Below, piece by piece: positions 1 to 18,105 of a stretch of 64,000 bases of DNA (the first letter of the stretch is position 1; every line of letters begins with the position of its first letter). The stretch is from the human T2T-CHM13v2.0 reference genome, Homo sapiens. Where the stretch lies: assembly GCF_009914755.1 (NCBI RefSeq), contig NC_060935.1. One strand, 5' to 3'. A program made the translations under genes and the position numbers. The notes under the pieces are model-generated. The model was not told where the DNA came from. It did not search any database and saw only the letters and a program-made list of their open reading frames with translations.

Positions 1-968
<968 letters not shown>

Positions 969-1392
969 TAATTTTTATTTAATTTTTTTAATTTGGAAAA
1001 AGTGCTTCTTACAAAAAGGCAGCTGCAAAATATAGGAATGGAAAATACCTCTGCAACAATTACTTGTCTTTTTCTTAAAGTAAAAGAATGGGTGGGTTCT
1101 AAGGTTCTTCATTTTTCTTATTGTTGATTTTATTGTTGCCTATCTTTCTTACTACGAGATTTCTTCATGTGTTTGGAATTTTGATTTTCAATAGATTCTC
1201 AGTTTGCTTTTCCTTCTTTATTTCTCTGCTTCTATGCCCACCACTCCTTACTCTCTAGTGGTTTTGCAGTTGCCTTCATCGCACTTCTTACATCTCCTTC
1301 CCAGTTCTAAATAGGATTTTATAATGATGAGTGGGGCTACCATCCTGCTGTCATATTGGGTGCTATCACTGAACTGCAAGATATCATATATA

Positions 1393-1691
1393 GGCCGGAC
1401 ACAGTGGCTCACGCCTATAATCCCAGCACTTTGGGAGGCTGAGGTGGGTGAATCATTTGAGGTCAGGGGTTCAAGACCAGCCTGGCCAACATGATGAAAC
1501 ACCATTTCTACTAAGAATTTTAAAAAATTAGCCGGGTATGGTGAAGGGTTCCTGTAATCCCAGCTACTAGGAGGCTGAGGCAGAAGAATTGCTTGAACCC
1601 GGGAGGTGGACGTTGCAGTGAGCCGAGATCACACCACTGCACTCCAGCCTGGGCTACTGAGCAAGACTCTGTCTCAAAAAAAAAAAAAAAA
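1393..1691 (+). mobile_element. Alu with 15-bp TSD
   Basis: TSD AAGATATCATATATA at 1378-1392 and 1692-1706. Confidence 0.95.
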
Positions 1692-2139
1692 AAGATATCA
1701 TATATAAATTCTGAATCATGAGGCTATGTCTTGGTCTTTCCACCTCACTAAGCCCAGCTTCTATTCAACTATAATCCAGAAGGCAGATGGACAGGATTTT
1801 TCTGCCTTTCTTTCACGAGTGGGAAAATCCCACCACAGCCACTGGCATTAAATAATGAGCCAATTGCTTCATCTGTCTTATTCTTCTGTCTTAGATTGAG
1901 AATTATTAGTCTCATTACCCTGTAGGAGTCGAACTCATCAGCTTCCACTGTCTTCTTCTAACTAGAGTCTAAAACGCCCAACCTCCTAAATTTTATTTAT
2001 TTAAATATTTTGTAATTTAATTTGTCCATATTGTCATTTATCTTTTCTACTTTAAAAATTCTACCATTGCTATGTGTTTACAGTAGAGGGACTGCATCAA
2101 ATATGAGCATACTGCTCTATCTTGTCAAGAAGTCTGTCC

Positions 2140-3250
2140 CCCATTTCCTCTTTGACCCACCACTTTCCTACAAGTGTTTCTATGACAGTGAAAATTTTAC
2201 CAGATCTAATGGATACTTCAGCTCACATGTTATTTAACTTTTATATTCTGCATTTGGTAATCCACTTGACAACCCACTTTTTCCTTCTTGAAATCTTATT
2301 CCCTTGGTTTCTATGACATTGTGCTAAACATGTTTTTCCCTCACTTCTCTGATCATTACTAGGTCTCTTTTATGAGCTCATTTTTCTCTGCCAATACCTT
2401 AAGTTTGCCTTTTCAGTGATTCTGTGGCTGGCCCTTTTGCTCCTTTTTTTGCTAACCCTAGGTAGTACTATCCACTCCTATACCTTTAACTCCTATCTAT
2501 ATGCTTCCAAATTTTAAATCTACACTTCTATCCCAGATATGTGTTCAGAACAGTGGATATAAATATCCAACTATTTATTGAATATCTCCATTTGAATTCC
2601 CGAAGACCTCACGAACTCAACATATCTAAACTGCATTCATAATCTTTCATTTCAAAAAAATTTTCCCCCTGGTATATTCTGTATCTTGATGAATTTCATA
2701 GCTCTTTTTAACCATTCTTATTTTTAAAACTATATATTGTATAATAAGTTCACACAATTGTCAAAACCAGAAACCAGAGAATTATTTTGGTGTCCCCTTT
2801 CTCATCCTCCTTATCCAAATAGACACAAGCCCTATAAATTCTGTTTCCCTATTATCTCTTGATACGTCCTCCTTTTCCACATCTTTATTGCCTTTGTCAT
2901 ATTCCAGTGTTCCATTATTTCTCACCTAGTCTGCTGCAACACTTTTTTGGTTGATGTCTCCGTTCCCCATTTTGCTTCCTACTTATCAATTGCTATGTTT
3001 CTCCTAGAGTGAGTTTAAAATGCAAAGTTGATCGTGCCACTCTCTTGGCTAAATTCCTTTATTGGCTTCTATGATCTTCAAAATGCATTCCAAACTCCTT
3101 AGCGGAGCCACTTTCCAACCCTCTTGCCTCATTTCTCACACTCTTTCTGATACATCCAGTGCTCCAACTAAACCTAAATACCCAGGCACTTCATGCTGTT
3201 CTCTCTTCCTAGGTCTATTTTCCTTCTTTCTGTATCTTGCTAAGTACTAT
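2140..3250. mobile_element. Degenerate L2 LINE
   Basis: gaactcaacatatctaaactg, aaccagaaacc, ctcacctagtctgctgcaac motifs. Confidence 0.6.
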
Positions 3251-3269
3251 ATACCATTACAAATTCAGT

Positions 3270-4290
<1,021 letters not shown>

Positions 4291-4299
4291 CGGTCAGCA

Positions 4300-5265
<966 letters not shown>

Positions 5266-5772
5266 AAAATTCATCCAGGGTAACTGTCTCCAGGACTCCT
5301 TCTGTGTCCAGAATAGGTATTTCCCTTCAGGGTCCCCATAGCAGACATTTTGAATGGACATCTTAGGATCTTAAAAAGGTATCTCGGAATTATCTTTTTA
5401 CTTGCCTGCTCTTCCACTCAATTCTTAATTCCTTAAGAAAACATGTCTTATTTTTGTAGCTAGCACATAGAAGGCACTCAAATAATCATTGAATGAACAG
5501 CAATTATAAATCTTCAGAACAACAATCGGACCCAGTGCAATCTTCAAAATAAAAATGTGAAGTAAAAAGTAGCATAGAATTTTTCGAAGCATAAAAATAT
5601 GTATCATTCCAAAAGCATTAGGCAAAGATAACCATCTCATTTTCTAAGTATTACATCTTACTGAAATAACATATATATATTATACACACATTCCCCAGAA
5701 TTCTTCTTTAAAAAATGATTGCTTTAAAAAGGTTAAAGCACTTAGCACAGTGCCTACCACACAGTAAGTGCT

Positions 5773-6147
5773 TGATATGGCTTGGCTCTGTGTCCCCACC
5801 TAAGTCTCATGCCAAATTGTAATCCTCAATGTTGGCAGAGGGGCCTGGTGGGAGGTGACTGGATCATGGGAGTGGACTTCATAGCTTTTCTCATGATAGT
5901 GAGTCGAGTTCTCATGAGACCTGGTTGTTTAAAAGTGTGTAGCACTTCCCCCTTCGGTCTCTCTTCTTCCTGCTCCAGCCATGTAAGATGTGCCTGCTTC
6001 CCCTTTGCCTTCCCACCATGATTGTAAGTTTCCTGAGGCCCCCCCAGCCATGCTTCCTGTGGAACTGTGAAATGATTAAACCTCTTTTTTTATAAATTAC
6101 CCAGTCTCAGCCAGTTCTTTATAGCAATGTGAGAATGGACTAATACA
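5773..6147 (+). mobile_element. MST-family MaLR solo LTR inserted into a MIR
   Basis: TGATATGG...GGACTAATACA; 5-bp TSD GTGCT (5768-5772, 6148-6152). Confidence 0.88.
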
Positions 6148-6599
6148 GTGCTCAATAAATGTTAGCTAACATTAAAAGACAAAACAAATACTAATTAGAA
6201 TTGTCTCAGTAAACTTCTGGTATAATTCAGATATAGGGAATGAAGTAGAATTGTGGATGAGTTAGCTATAAAGCTAAAAAAAAAAACCTCTCAAATATAC
6301 TGTACTAGAATAGTCCTATACTAATATCGTAGCAGTGAATAGCCACAGCAAAGGGTGTGATCTAGGAAAGAATAACAATAAAGAACCAGTCTAACTTAGG
6401 CACTTATGGTGACAATAAACAAAAAAAGTGGCCCTGCACATTTTTGAAACAAATATCATTATATAATAGTCGAAGTTGTGATTTATTTAAAACCAAGTCC
6501 ATAATTGCTTGGGAAATATACTAGTAATTAACTAAAATGATTAAAATTGACACATGGCTTCCAGGCATTCAGTTATTTTACACTATCTAATTCAGCCTT

Positions 6600-7195
6600 G
6601 ATAATGTTAGATATTTTTGCCTACTAGTAACAGAAAACCCACGTCAAAACAGATTATTAACAAAAACAAGACATAATCAGACAGCCTGAAGTAGGGAAAC
6701 TCTAGAGTTGGCTAATTCAGCAGTTCATTGACCCATTAAGGACCTGAGATTATTGTCTTTGTGCTCAGCATATCATGGATGCCCGCTTCACGTTTTCAAA
6801 ATGGCTACAGTAATCCAGGCATCACATTCTCGTGCTCCAACATCCAGAGCAAGGAAAAAAAAAATCTCTCTCTCTCTCTCTCTGAATCTTTCTGAAATCT
6901 TTTCTTAGTTTAGAAACTTTTTCTAGAAGCATCTCCAACAGACTTCCCTCCTGTCTCATTTGCCATAATTGAGTCATAGCCCTTTCAAGAATAATCTTGA
7001 AAATCAAGAAGAGAATTTCCCTGCTTGATTTGGACTAATCAAGATAGACCTCCTATGGCTGGAGCTTGAGTTCACTTCTCTGAAGCACATGGCTAGGAAG
7101 AACATGGTGTATACCTAAACCAATCTGGGATACTGTTGGCAAGGCTGAAGGTGGTAAATAGCTGTTGGTTAGGCAACCAACAGTGTCTGCTACAC
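6600..7195. mobile_element. Old MLT1-like MaLR LTR
   Basis: Degenerate motifs (aaaatggctacagtaatccaggcatcacattc; gttggttaggcaaccaacagtgtctgctaca). Confidence 0.5.
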
Positions 7196-8024
7196 AGCCA
7201 CAAAAATTGGCTGTAAACTTCTGGCTAGATCACAGTATTTCAGACTATTAGGAAGTTGTTTTTTAAGAGAAAGCATTTTTGAACCGGTATAGATTTGCAA
7301 TTTATATTGTCCTAGCTCCACACCCCTGCATCATGAATTTTTTTATTAAGTTTTAAATTTATTTATTTATATTTTTTGTTTTAGTTGGTATAGTCAATTT
7401 TTCATTTTAGTCATTCTAATAGGGGCTCAGTGATTCTCATTGTGATCTTTTTTTTCCTTTATTTTCTTACATAGGTAAATGCATGTCATAGGGGTTTGTT
7501 ATACAGACTATTTCATAACTCAGGTATTAAGCCTAGTAACCATTAGGTATTTTTCCTGATTCTCACCCTTCTCTCACCTTCCATCCTCCGATAGGCTCCA
7601 GTGTGTGTTGTTTCCCTCTATGTCATAAAAAAATTTAGGCAATTGTTTCACGTAGAATATTTCAAAACGCTGGTCAGTCCCCAAACTGACTGACTTCTGA
7701 TTTTGCATGAAATCAGAAATTAGCTAGAAGTTGCTAAAGAAAAAATAAGAGTTGTCAATAAACATTTATACCAGATCACCTACAGCAGTGCTGTTTATCA
7801 AGTGAATCAGAAGTTTTGTCCAGACCCACAGAAATGAAATGGAGGGTTGTTTTTTGTTTTGGGGAGGATTTTTCTGTACAGTGGTATGTCTTTAAGCTAA
7901 ATAATAGAACCACTTATTGATTGGCTATTAGTTGTAATTCTAAAACTTAACTATTACGTGGTAGGACATTGAATTGGATATTCCCTGGCCTTAGGTTAGT
8001 AGGTGTTTGCTAGATAATTTAGAC

Positions 8025-8326
8025 CAGGGGTCCCCAACCCCCAGGCCATGGACTGGTACTGGCCCGTGGCCTATTAGGAACCAGGCTGCACAGTAGGAGG
8101 TGAGTGAAGCTGAACTCCACCTCCTGTCACATCAGTGGTGGCATTAGATTTTCATATGAGCATGAATCCTATTGTGAACTGCACATGTGAGAGATCTAGG
8201 TTATGTACTCCTTATGAGAATCTAATGCTTGAATCATCCTGAAACCATCTCCTGCTCCCCCGGGGCCATGGAAAAATTGTCTTCCACAAAACCAGTCCCT
8301 GGTGCCAAAAAGGTTGGGGGCCACTG
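8025..8326. mobile_element. MER1B-like hAT-Charlie DNA transposon
   Basis: TIR CAGGGGTCCCCAACC...GGTTGGGGGCCACTG; 8-bp TSD ATTTAGAC/ATTTAGCC. Confidence 0.88.
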
Positions 8327-8884
8327 ATTTAGCCTATACCTCAGAGCTTGTTAGGTGATAATCACCCAAGTCCTGTTTATTGCCCTTGTAAATCAGCTTA
8401 AGGCAATGCTTATCAATAGGAAAATGTCAAACAGTATTAGGGTCACCATGTCTTCCCTGGTGATGTAATTAATTTTAGAGATGCAGTAAGGCCTTTTATG
8501 TAGCGTTATCCAGAGTTCATTCAGATGTGTTCCAGTCCTTTAAACTGAGAGCTAAAATCAAAGAGGGCAGAGAGAGAGTAACTAATATTCCTTGAACTCT
8601 GCCAGCGGCTTTTCCTGCTTCTTCTCCTTAATTTACTTCCTATAATTCCTCTGTACAACTCAGTAACCCATGTTATAAATGGAAAACCTGAAGACCAGAA
8701 AGGTTAAGCAACTTGCCTACATTTATACCAGTAGTAAATGGTGAAGTCAGTCATTCTGACTCTAAAATCCTTGGAGCCCTCTAAATCATAATGCAATCAT
8801 AAATAGATCTGTGGTATCTGTATATTTATTTAAAAGTGTGTGGAATATTCAAACACAAGACAGTTATCTGTTGCTGAATGATAT

Positions 8885-8890
8885 TTTATT
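8885..8890 (-). terminator. CRYAB: CRYAB polyadenylation signal AATAAA (second copy at 8825-8830)
   Basis: TTTATT on plus strand ~120 nt after the stop codon; a second hexamer 60 nt further on. Confidence 0.85.
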
Positions 8891-9007
8891 AGCTTGATAA
8901 TTTGGGCCTGCCCTTAGCATTAATAAGCTTCAGCACTAGTCACAAGACTTTCATTCACTGGTGGGGAAACTTTCTTGTTTTAAAAAATGCAATTCAAGAA
9001 AGGGCAT

Positions 9008-9211
<204 letters not shown>

Positions 9212-10108
9212 CTAACCCAAAAGAATGAGGAAAGAGGCAGAGAGATAAGAACAGGAACTATTATCACCTGCCCAGAACTCAGGCATCCTGATTTCCCCTT
9301 AGGTGAGACCAAATGCCATGACAACATAGGAAAAATAAATAGAGCTTCGTTTCAGGGTTGCAGCTAAGATGAAATTGCCTAGGTAGTCACTCCTACCAGT
9401 GAGAATCTGAGAAGTCTGAAACAGTCCAACACTTCATTGTTTTTCAAACCCTGAGGCATAGATATGTTTAGGGGTATTTCCCAAAGGTTTAGATCAATGT
9501 TGGCTGGGCCTACAGAATTTGGAATCTCATTTAGAATCTGAGTCCCTGAGGAAGCCCTGAAATTGTCCTGACTCTTCAGGAATGTCCCAGAAGGTTCCAG
9601 AACAATAGGACTGCTGCTGAAATTAAAAAAAAAAAAAAATGACTCCATCCAAGGAGACTATGACCCAAACCTAAATCATATAAGCAAAATTGAAACAGCC
9701 TGAGGACATTACTGAGGACAAACTGTACTGGTTGACGCACAGGTTCTGAGCTATCGTTAAATGGTGAGAAGCAATTTTAAAGCCCTCTTATAAAGTCATA
9801 ACAAGCTGTTCCATTTGTCAGAACTCCCCCAAAGAGTAGATGACCTTAACCCGTATGCCTGCTGACTCTCAAGCATGTAGCCAAACAGGCTCTCGTTAAC
9901 TGATTACCACATGGGCTGTAGGGGATTAAAGACTGAGCACAGCTCTGAAATTTAGACAAACCAAGTAGTTCAGCATTAAGATGGGCTAAAGAAGAGACAC
10001 GGATTCTTGCACAGCTAAAAGAGAAGTCACAACTCAAGTGCTTTTAGGGTACCTGTAGTTAATGTAATTATGCAAAGCAACTAGGTGTCTGACAGCCCTA
10101 TACCTAAT

Positions 10109-10315
10109 CAGTGGTTCTCAACCTTGACTGTAGATTAGAATTACCTTAAAAATTGCTGATGCCTGGGTCCCACCCTTAAAAATGCTGATTTAATTGGTCT
10201 GGAGTAGTGCTCGCTTCGGCAGCACATATGCTAATTGGTCTGGAGTATGCCCGAGCATTAGGTTTTTTGAAAGTTCCCCTGGTGATTCTAATGTGGCCCA
10301 GATTCAGAACCACTG
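10109..10315. mobile_element. MER5-like hAT MITE in CRYAB intron 2 (hosts the U6 fragment)
   Basis: TIRs CAGTGGTTCT...AGAACCACTG; internal CCCTGGTGATTCTAATGTG. Confidence 0.75.
10207..10231 (+). pseudogene. 3'-truncated, tailless U6 snRNA retrocopy (U6 nt 1-25)
   Basis: GTGCTCGCTTCGGCAGCACATATGC (24/25 to the U6 5' end) flanked by perfect 16-bp TSD TAATTGGTCTGGAGTA (10191-10206, 10232-10247). Confidence 0.9.
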
Positions 10316-10429
10316 GCTTAAATGGGGCATCAGCATCCCATCATCCCATCTAAGGCGATCAAATCAAAGGCCACATCTCTGGCCATAATAGTAACAACAG
10401 CAATATGTCTATCCTAACTTAGTCTTCTA

Positions 10430-10693
<264 letters not shown>

Positions 10694-11767
10694 CTAGAAA
10701 TAGCAAGGTAAGGGAATGGGATGGGAGAAAGAGGGCAAAAATACTGATTACACAGGTGCTGTCTTATTCTGCAGAGCTGCTTTCTGTCCGGGTAATTCAT
10801 CCTTCTCTTCTCTGCTTAAAAAATCTCCTTTTTAAATAAACATAGCTGTCTGCTTCAGGGAGCCACCACAGTGATACCTAAGGCTCATGGTGATCAGACC
10901 CAAACTTTATTTACAGGGACAGAGAAGAAGACAGATCACCCAGGGGACCAGTCGCAAGGATGGGTGCAAGCCTGGCATCTGCTGCCTCTCTGACTCCAAT
11001 GCCTGGCTTTGTGGTTTGTCTGTGAGACAAAGGCCTCTTCTTCTGGCTCAGGTCTCTTTGCCAGTTTTCCACCCACCCAATCTGGAATGTTCTGCTGGTC
11101 CTGCTTGTCCTTCCAAAGCCCTTGCCCACTCAGCTCCTGTTTACTCACACTTGAATATTTTTAAACCAGAGTGTTATCTGTGACAGCTCTGTCAACCTTA
11201 TTTGTTCACCCTGTTCTTCCACCCTCTTAGGACAAATGGGCGTCCCTATATTGTTTCCTCGTAGGGCTTGATTGGACCCAGGCCAGCGCCCTGTCGTAGC
11301 CCTGAGAAACCCAGAAAATCATAGAAGAGGGAATAGAAAGGCAGAAAATACCCATGGGGATGAACAGCTCAGGATGAGGCAGGGCTCTCTCCTGGCTCTG
11401 AAACCTGAGATGGTAAAATCGGTCAAGAGTCCAAGGTGTTGGAAGAGATAAGCAAAGGAGTTTGAAGGCAGCTCTTTCCCTGCAGATTGTCATGAACCAA
11501 ACCAGAAAGGGGTATCCTGTAGAGAAGTTAGGGGACGGAGGATAAACTTGACAGTGCATGAAAAAATGTAATAAATGGGATACAGAGGACTATCAAATAG
11601 AAACAGGTGATGGGGGAGGAAGGCACTAGCAACCTCCTCATTTTTCTTCACATTTGGACACACATGTGCCTAAAATGGTTTAGGCAGGGTAGGAAAGGAA
11701 AATGGATGGAGAAGTTTCCAGGAGGTTCCAGTAAGGACTCTCCCGTCCTAGCTGTGGGGAGACTCAC

Positions 11768-11968
11768 CTCTGAGAGTCCAGTGTCAAACCAGCTGGGTGC
11801 CCGCAGGAAGGAGGGTGGCCGAAGGTAGAAGGGACTCAGGGAAGTAGACGTCGGGAAAAGATCAGACTCCAACAGGTGCTCTCCGAAGAACTGGTCAAAG
11901 AGGCGGCTGGGGGAGTGGAAAGGAAAGAAGGGGCGGCGGATCCAGGGGTGGTGGATGGCGATGTCCAT
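11768..11968 (-). CDS. CRYAB: Alpha-B crystallin (HSPB5), coding exon 1 (aa 1-67)
   Basis: Translation [67 protein letters not shown]; Kozak GCCACCATGG; donor GAG|GTGAGT after 11768. Confidence 0.99.
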
Positions 11969-12036
11969 GGTGGCTAGGTGAGTGTGAGGGGTCAGCTGGC
12001 TGGTCAGCTCCTTCAGCTGCAGCTACAGCCAGCCCC

Positions 12037-12043
12037 TTATATA
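12037..12043 (-). promoter_or_regulatory. CRYAB: CRYAB proximal TATA box (TATATAA)
   Basis: TTATATA on plus strand ~70 bp upstream of the ATG. Confidence 0.85.
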
Positions 12044-12053
12044 TGCAGTCTTG

Positions 12054-12068
12054 TGAAGCTTCTGGAAT
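12054..12068. promoter_or_regulatory. Heat-shock element (nGAAnnTTCnnGAAn)
   Basis: tGAAgcTTCtgGAAt, three perfect alternating pentamers just upstream of the CRYAB TATA box. Confidence 0.85.
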
Positions 12069-12423
12069 GGTGATGTCAGGGGTTTTATTATCCTAGCTCA
12101 CCAGCAGTTCATGGAGACTTGTGATCCGGGATTTGGCAATGTGACACATACCCAGTACTCACTGAGCTAAGAAAAGAGAGACACAAACACGTCTGAGCCG
12201 GCCAGTGACTTGTCATGGTCTTGTTTCACTAGCTTTCTGTCCACACCCAATGGCACCCACCCCCACCCCTGTTCTCTGAAGCTGGTACAGAGTCAGGAAT
12301 CCCAAGCAGGCACGCGGGGTGGGGGGAGGATGGGAGCCGGCGTAGTGTGCCCCTCCTCCTCCTTTCCAGTCCTGAATGCCAGGGGAATCAGGCCAGCAAC
12401 TATCTTGGGCCTGGGCAGGGACT

Positions 12424-12433
12424 GGAATCTTCC
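12424..12433. promoter_or_regulatory. Distal two-unit heat-shock element in the CRYAB/HSPB2 intergenic region
   Basis: gGAAtcTTCc; only two units. Confidence 0.5.
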
Positions 12434-13073
12434 TAGGCTGAGCCCCAGGGACATTAACTCTTTGTGAGTCCTTGGAAGAGAGCAGTGATGGTCAACATGT
12501 CAGCACCAGCCATCTGCCTCGTGCCCTGGGTTGACCTGGGTTTAGGAGAGGATCCCACATCTGGGCAGAAAGACCCCACCCCCTGAAAAAAGAGCAAACA
12601 GATTTCTTGCATCTTTCGTTCTATGTGGCTCTCAGAACATTAAATCCAGGAGTGCTTTAGGAATTGGGTGCACAGTGCCTGCCACCGAAGAGGAGAAAAT
12701 GAGGTGTGGAAACGTGCAAACCGTTTGTGAGGGTCTCAGCGAGGCCTCTTCATGCCCCAGGCACCACCAGCTCCCCCTCCCCAGCTCGTTCCCAGCCAGG
12801 ACCCTCAGCTGTCCTCTCAGGCCCCCTGCGACAGCTGAAGAGTGTGCGGGGGAGGGGACTAGGGGTCCGGGCGGCGCTGGTCACACCCTCGTTGCTCTCA
12901 CTCAGGGCCCCCACTCCCAGCCCCTCCCCCCCCAAGAGGCTCGGCACTATTTTGGGTGGTGTCGACCCCGCCCCCACCTCCTATCGAGCCCTGGCTCTCC
13001 GGGCAGCTGGAGGGGTCGCGCTGCGCCTGTTGGGGCTGCACCTCGGACCAGGGCTTCTGCTGCATCTGCAGCC

Positions 13074-13167
13074 ATGTCGGGCCGCTCAGTGCCACATGCC
13101 CACCCGGCCACCGCCGAGTACGAATTTGCCAACCCGAGCCGCCTGGGTGAGCAGCGCTTCGGAGAAG
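13074..13167 (+). CDS. HSPB2: Heat shock protein beta-2 (MKBP), coding exon 1
   Basis: gccATGt; MSGRSVPHAHPATAEYEFANPSRLGEQRFGE+G; donor AAG|GTATGG; 94 nt, phase 1. Confidence 0.98.
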
Positions 13168-13445
13168 GTATGGCACAGACACCACCCCCTTGCCCCCCAC
13201 CCCCACCCCCTGAAATTCTGGGCTGACCTCCCAACGTTGCTGGCCTCCACCCCACTCTGGGCTTAACTGATCTCCTGGGACCAGCCACCCCCCACCCCAG
13301 ACTACCCCTCATCCCCTCCAAGCAGAGATCTTTCCCATTCCTGCTGACCTCAAGACACACTTGGTGCTTGCAGTGCTGATACCTGCTCTTTGCCGGCCTG
13401 GGTGTGCCTCCTTGTCCCCCTTCTATCCACCCAGGCCGTTTGGTG

Positions 13446-13500
13446 CCTCCTCCTCCTCCCCCTCCTCCTCCTTCTCCTCCTCCTCCTCCCTTTCCTTTCC
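13446..13500. repeat. (CCT)n-rich polypyrimidine tract in the HSPB2 intron
   Basis: cctcctcctcctccccctcctcctccttctcctcctcctcctccctttcctttcc. Confidence 0.9.
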
Positions 13501-13684
13501 GTTCTCTTTCCCCTCTTCCGAGCTGCCTTCTCCTCCTAGCTACAGTGTGGCCTCCCTCCCGTTCCCTACTCCTCCTGACTCCCCTCTTGCTCTTCCCAAT
13601 CCCTCCTCTCCAGATTTCCCATTTCGCCCCTGTGCCAGCCTCATCCTCCCTCATCCTGCCTCTTGCCTTCTCTCTGCCCTTTAG

Positions 13685-14139
13685 GCCTCCTGCCAGAAGA
13701 GATCCTGACCCCCACACTCTACCATGGCTACTATGTCCGGCCTCGGGCCGCCCCAGCTGGGGAGGGCAGCAGGGCAGGGGCCTCCGAGCTTAGGCTCAGT
13801 GAGGGCAAGTTCCAGGCATTTCTGGATGTGAGCCACTTTACCCCAGACGAGGTGACTGTGAGGACTGTGGATAACCTGCTGGAGGTGTCTGCCCGGCACC
13901 CCCAGCGCCTGGACCGCCACGGCTTCGTGTCCCGAGAGTTCTGCCGCACCTATGTCCTGCCTGCTGATGTCGACCCCTGGCGAGTCCGAGCTGCTCTCTC
14001 CCATGATGGCATCTTAAACCTGGAAGCACCTCGGGGTGGCCGACATTTGGACACAGAGGTCAATGAGGTCTACATCTCCCTGCTCCCTGCGCCTCCTGAT
14101 CCAGAGGAAGAGGAGGAGGCAGCCATAGTTGAGCCCTGA
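13685..14139 (+). CDS. HSPB2: Heat shock protein beta-2, coding exon 2
   Basis: Polypyrimidine tract + TTAG acceptor; alpha-crystallin domain (FQAFLDVSHFTPDEVTV...HGFVSREFCRTYVLPADVD...DGILNLEAP); TGA 14137-14139; 94+455=549 nt, 182 aa. Confidence 0.98.
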
Positions 14140-14316
14140 TTGCCACAGACCCAGCACCCAGCAAATCCCTCTCTACCTCCCAAGGTGATATGGGCAGCTG
14201 CCCACCACTCCAGAGGTAGCAGCATCCTTGGGGGAAGGGAAAGGTGCATGGTCCACAATGTATGGTTTGGTCCCATGGGACATGTCATAGCCTTGGTTTA
14301 GTTTTGGGTGGAGCTG

Positions 14317-14322
14317 AATAAA
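14317..14322 (+). terminator. HSPB2: HSPB2 polyadenylation signal AATAAA
   Basis: AATAAA ~180 nt after the stop, followed by GT-rich CCTTGTTTGT. Confidence 0.85.
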
Positions 14323-15037
14323 CCCAAATCTCAGGGCCTTGTTTGTACTGCTCCCTATTCTGTGGCCGGGAAGCTGGGATGGGGAGGGAGGGAGGAGGTC
14401 ACAGCCAGCTAGACAAAAAGCTCCTCAGTTTGATGTGCCCAACGTCATAGGACCCTGAGCTCGCACTTGGATGCTGAGATCACACCCGGAAGCTGACTCT
14501 GGCTCCAGATCAAATTCCTAGCCATAATTTTCTCACAATGCAACAAAAGAGAGAGTGATCCTGGGAGGGAAAAGGGATATGCCATCCAAACAGCCCAGAG
14601 GGCACTGTCTGAGCTGGTGATTAGAGACACAAAAACAAGGGTCTCCAGACTGTCTGGCCCTTTTTGGGTAGGGGCTGGGAAAATGGTTTTTGGCTGGTGA
14701 GAGTTGCCTAAAGTCCTGGAGTGAATACTTTGTTTTCATGTACTAAGGTCTGTCCACTTAAATGGTCACTGATTTTGAGAGCCTGAGTATGCATACACAG
14801 GGCACAGACACAAAGCCTCTCCAATTATCACGGAACCCCATTACCTTCCCATCCTCTGGGGGTACGGTGTATTCAGGAAAGCCTGAGGTCTGTCCCCTCA
14901 GTTATTCTCTGCAATCAAGAGAACATCCAGCTACATGATTTGGGGGAAGTGTCCAAAAGACCTTCCTGCCTCCAAATACATATTTCATTAGGCTGTGGTA
15001 GATACCTACAATTCTTCCATTAAAGCAGTTGTTTCTT

Positions 15038-18105
<3,068 letters not shown>

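Noticed and set aside
10207-10231. Functional U6 gene
   Set aside because: Only 25 nt, TSD-flanked, no upstream PSE/TATA arrangement
12675-13226. 183-aa ORF extending HSPB2 exon 1 upstream
   Set aside because: GTG start in the promoter region and read-through into the intron; the true start is ATG 13074
12947-13717. 256-aa Gly/Arg-rich minus-strand ORF and Pro/Ser-rich plus-strand ORFs
   Set aside because: Artefacts of the (CCT)n pyrimidine-rich HSPB2 intron and GC-rich promoter
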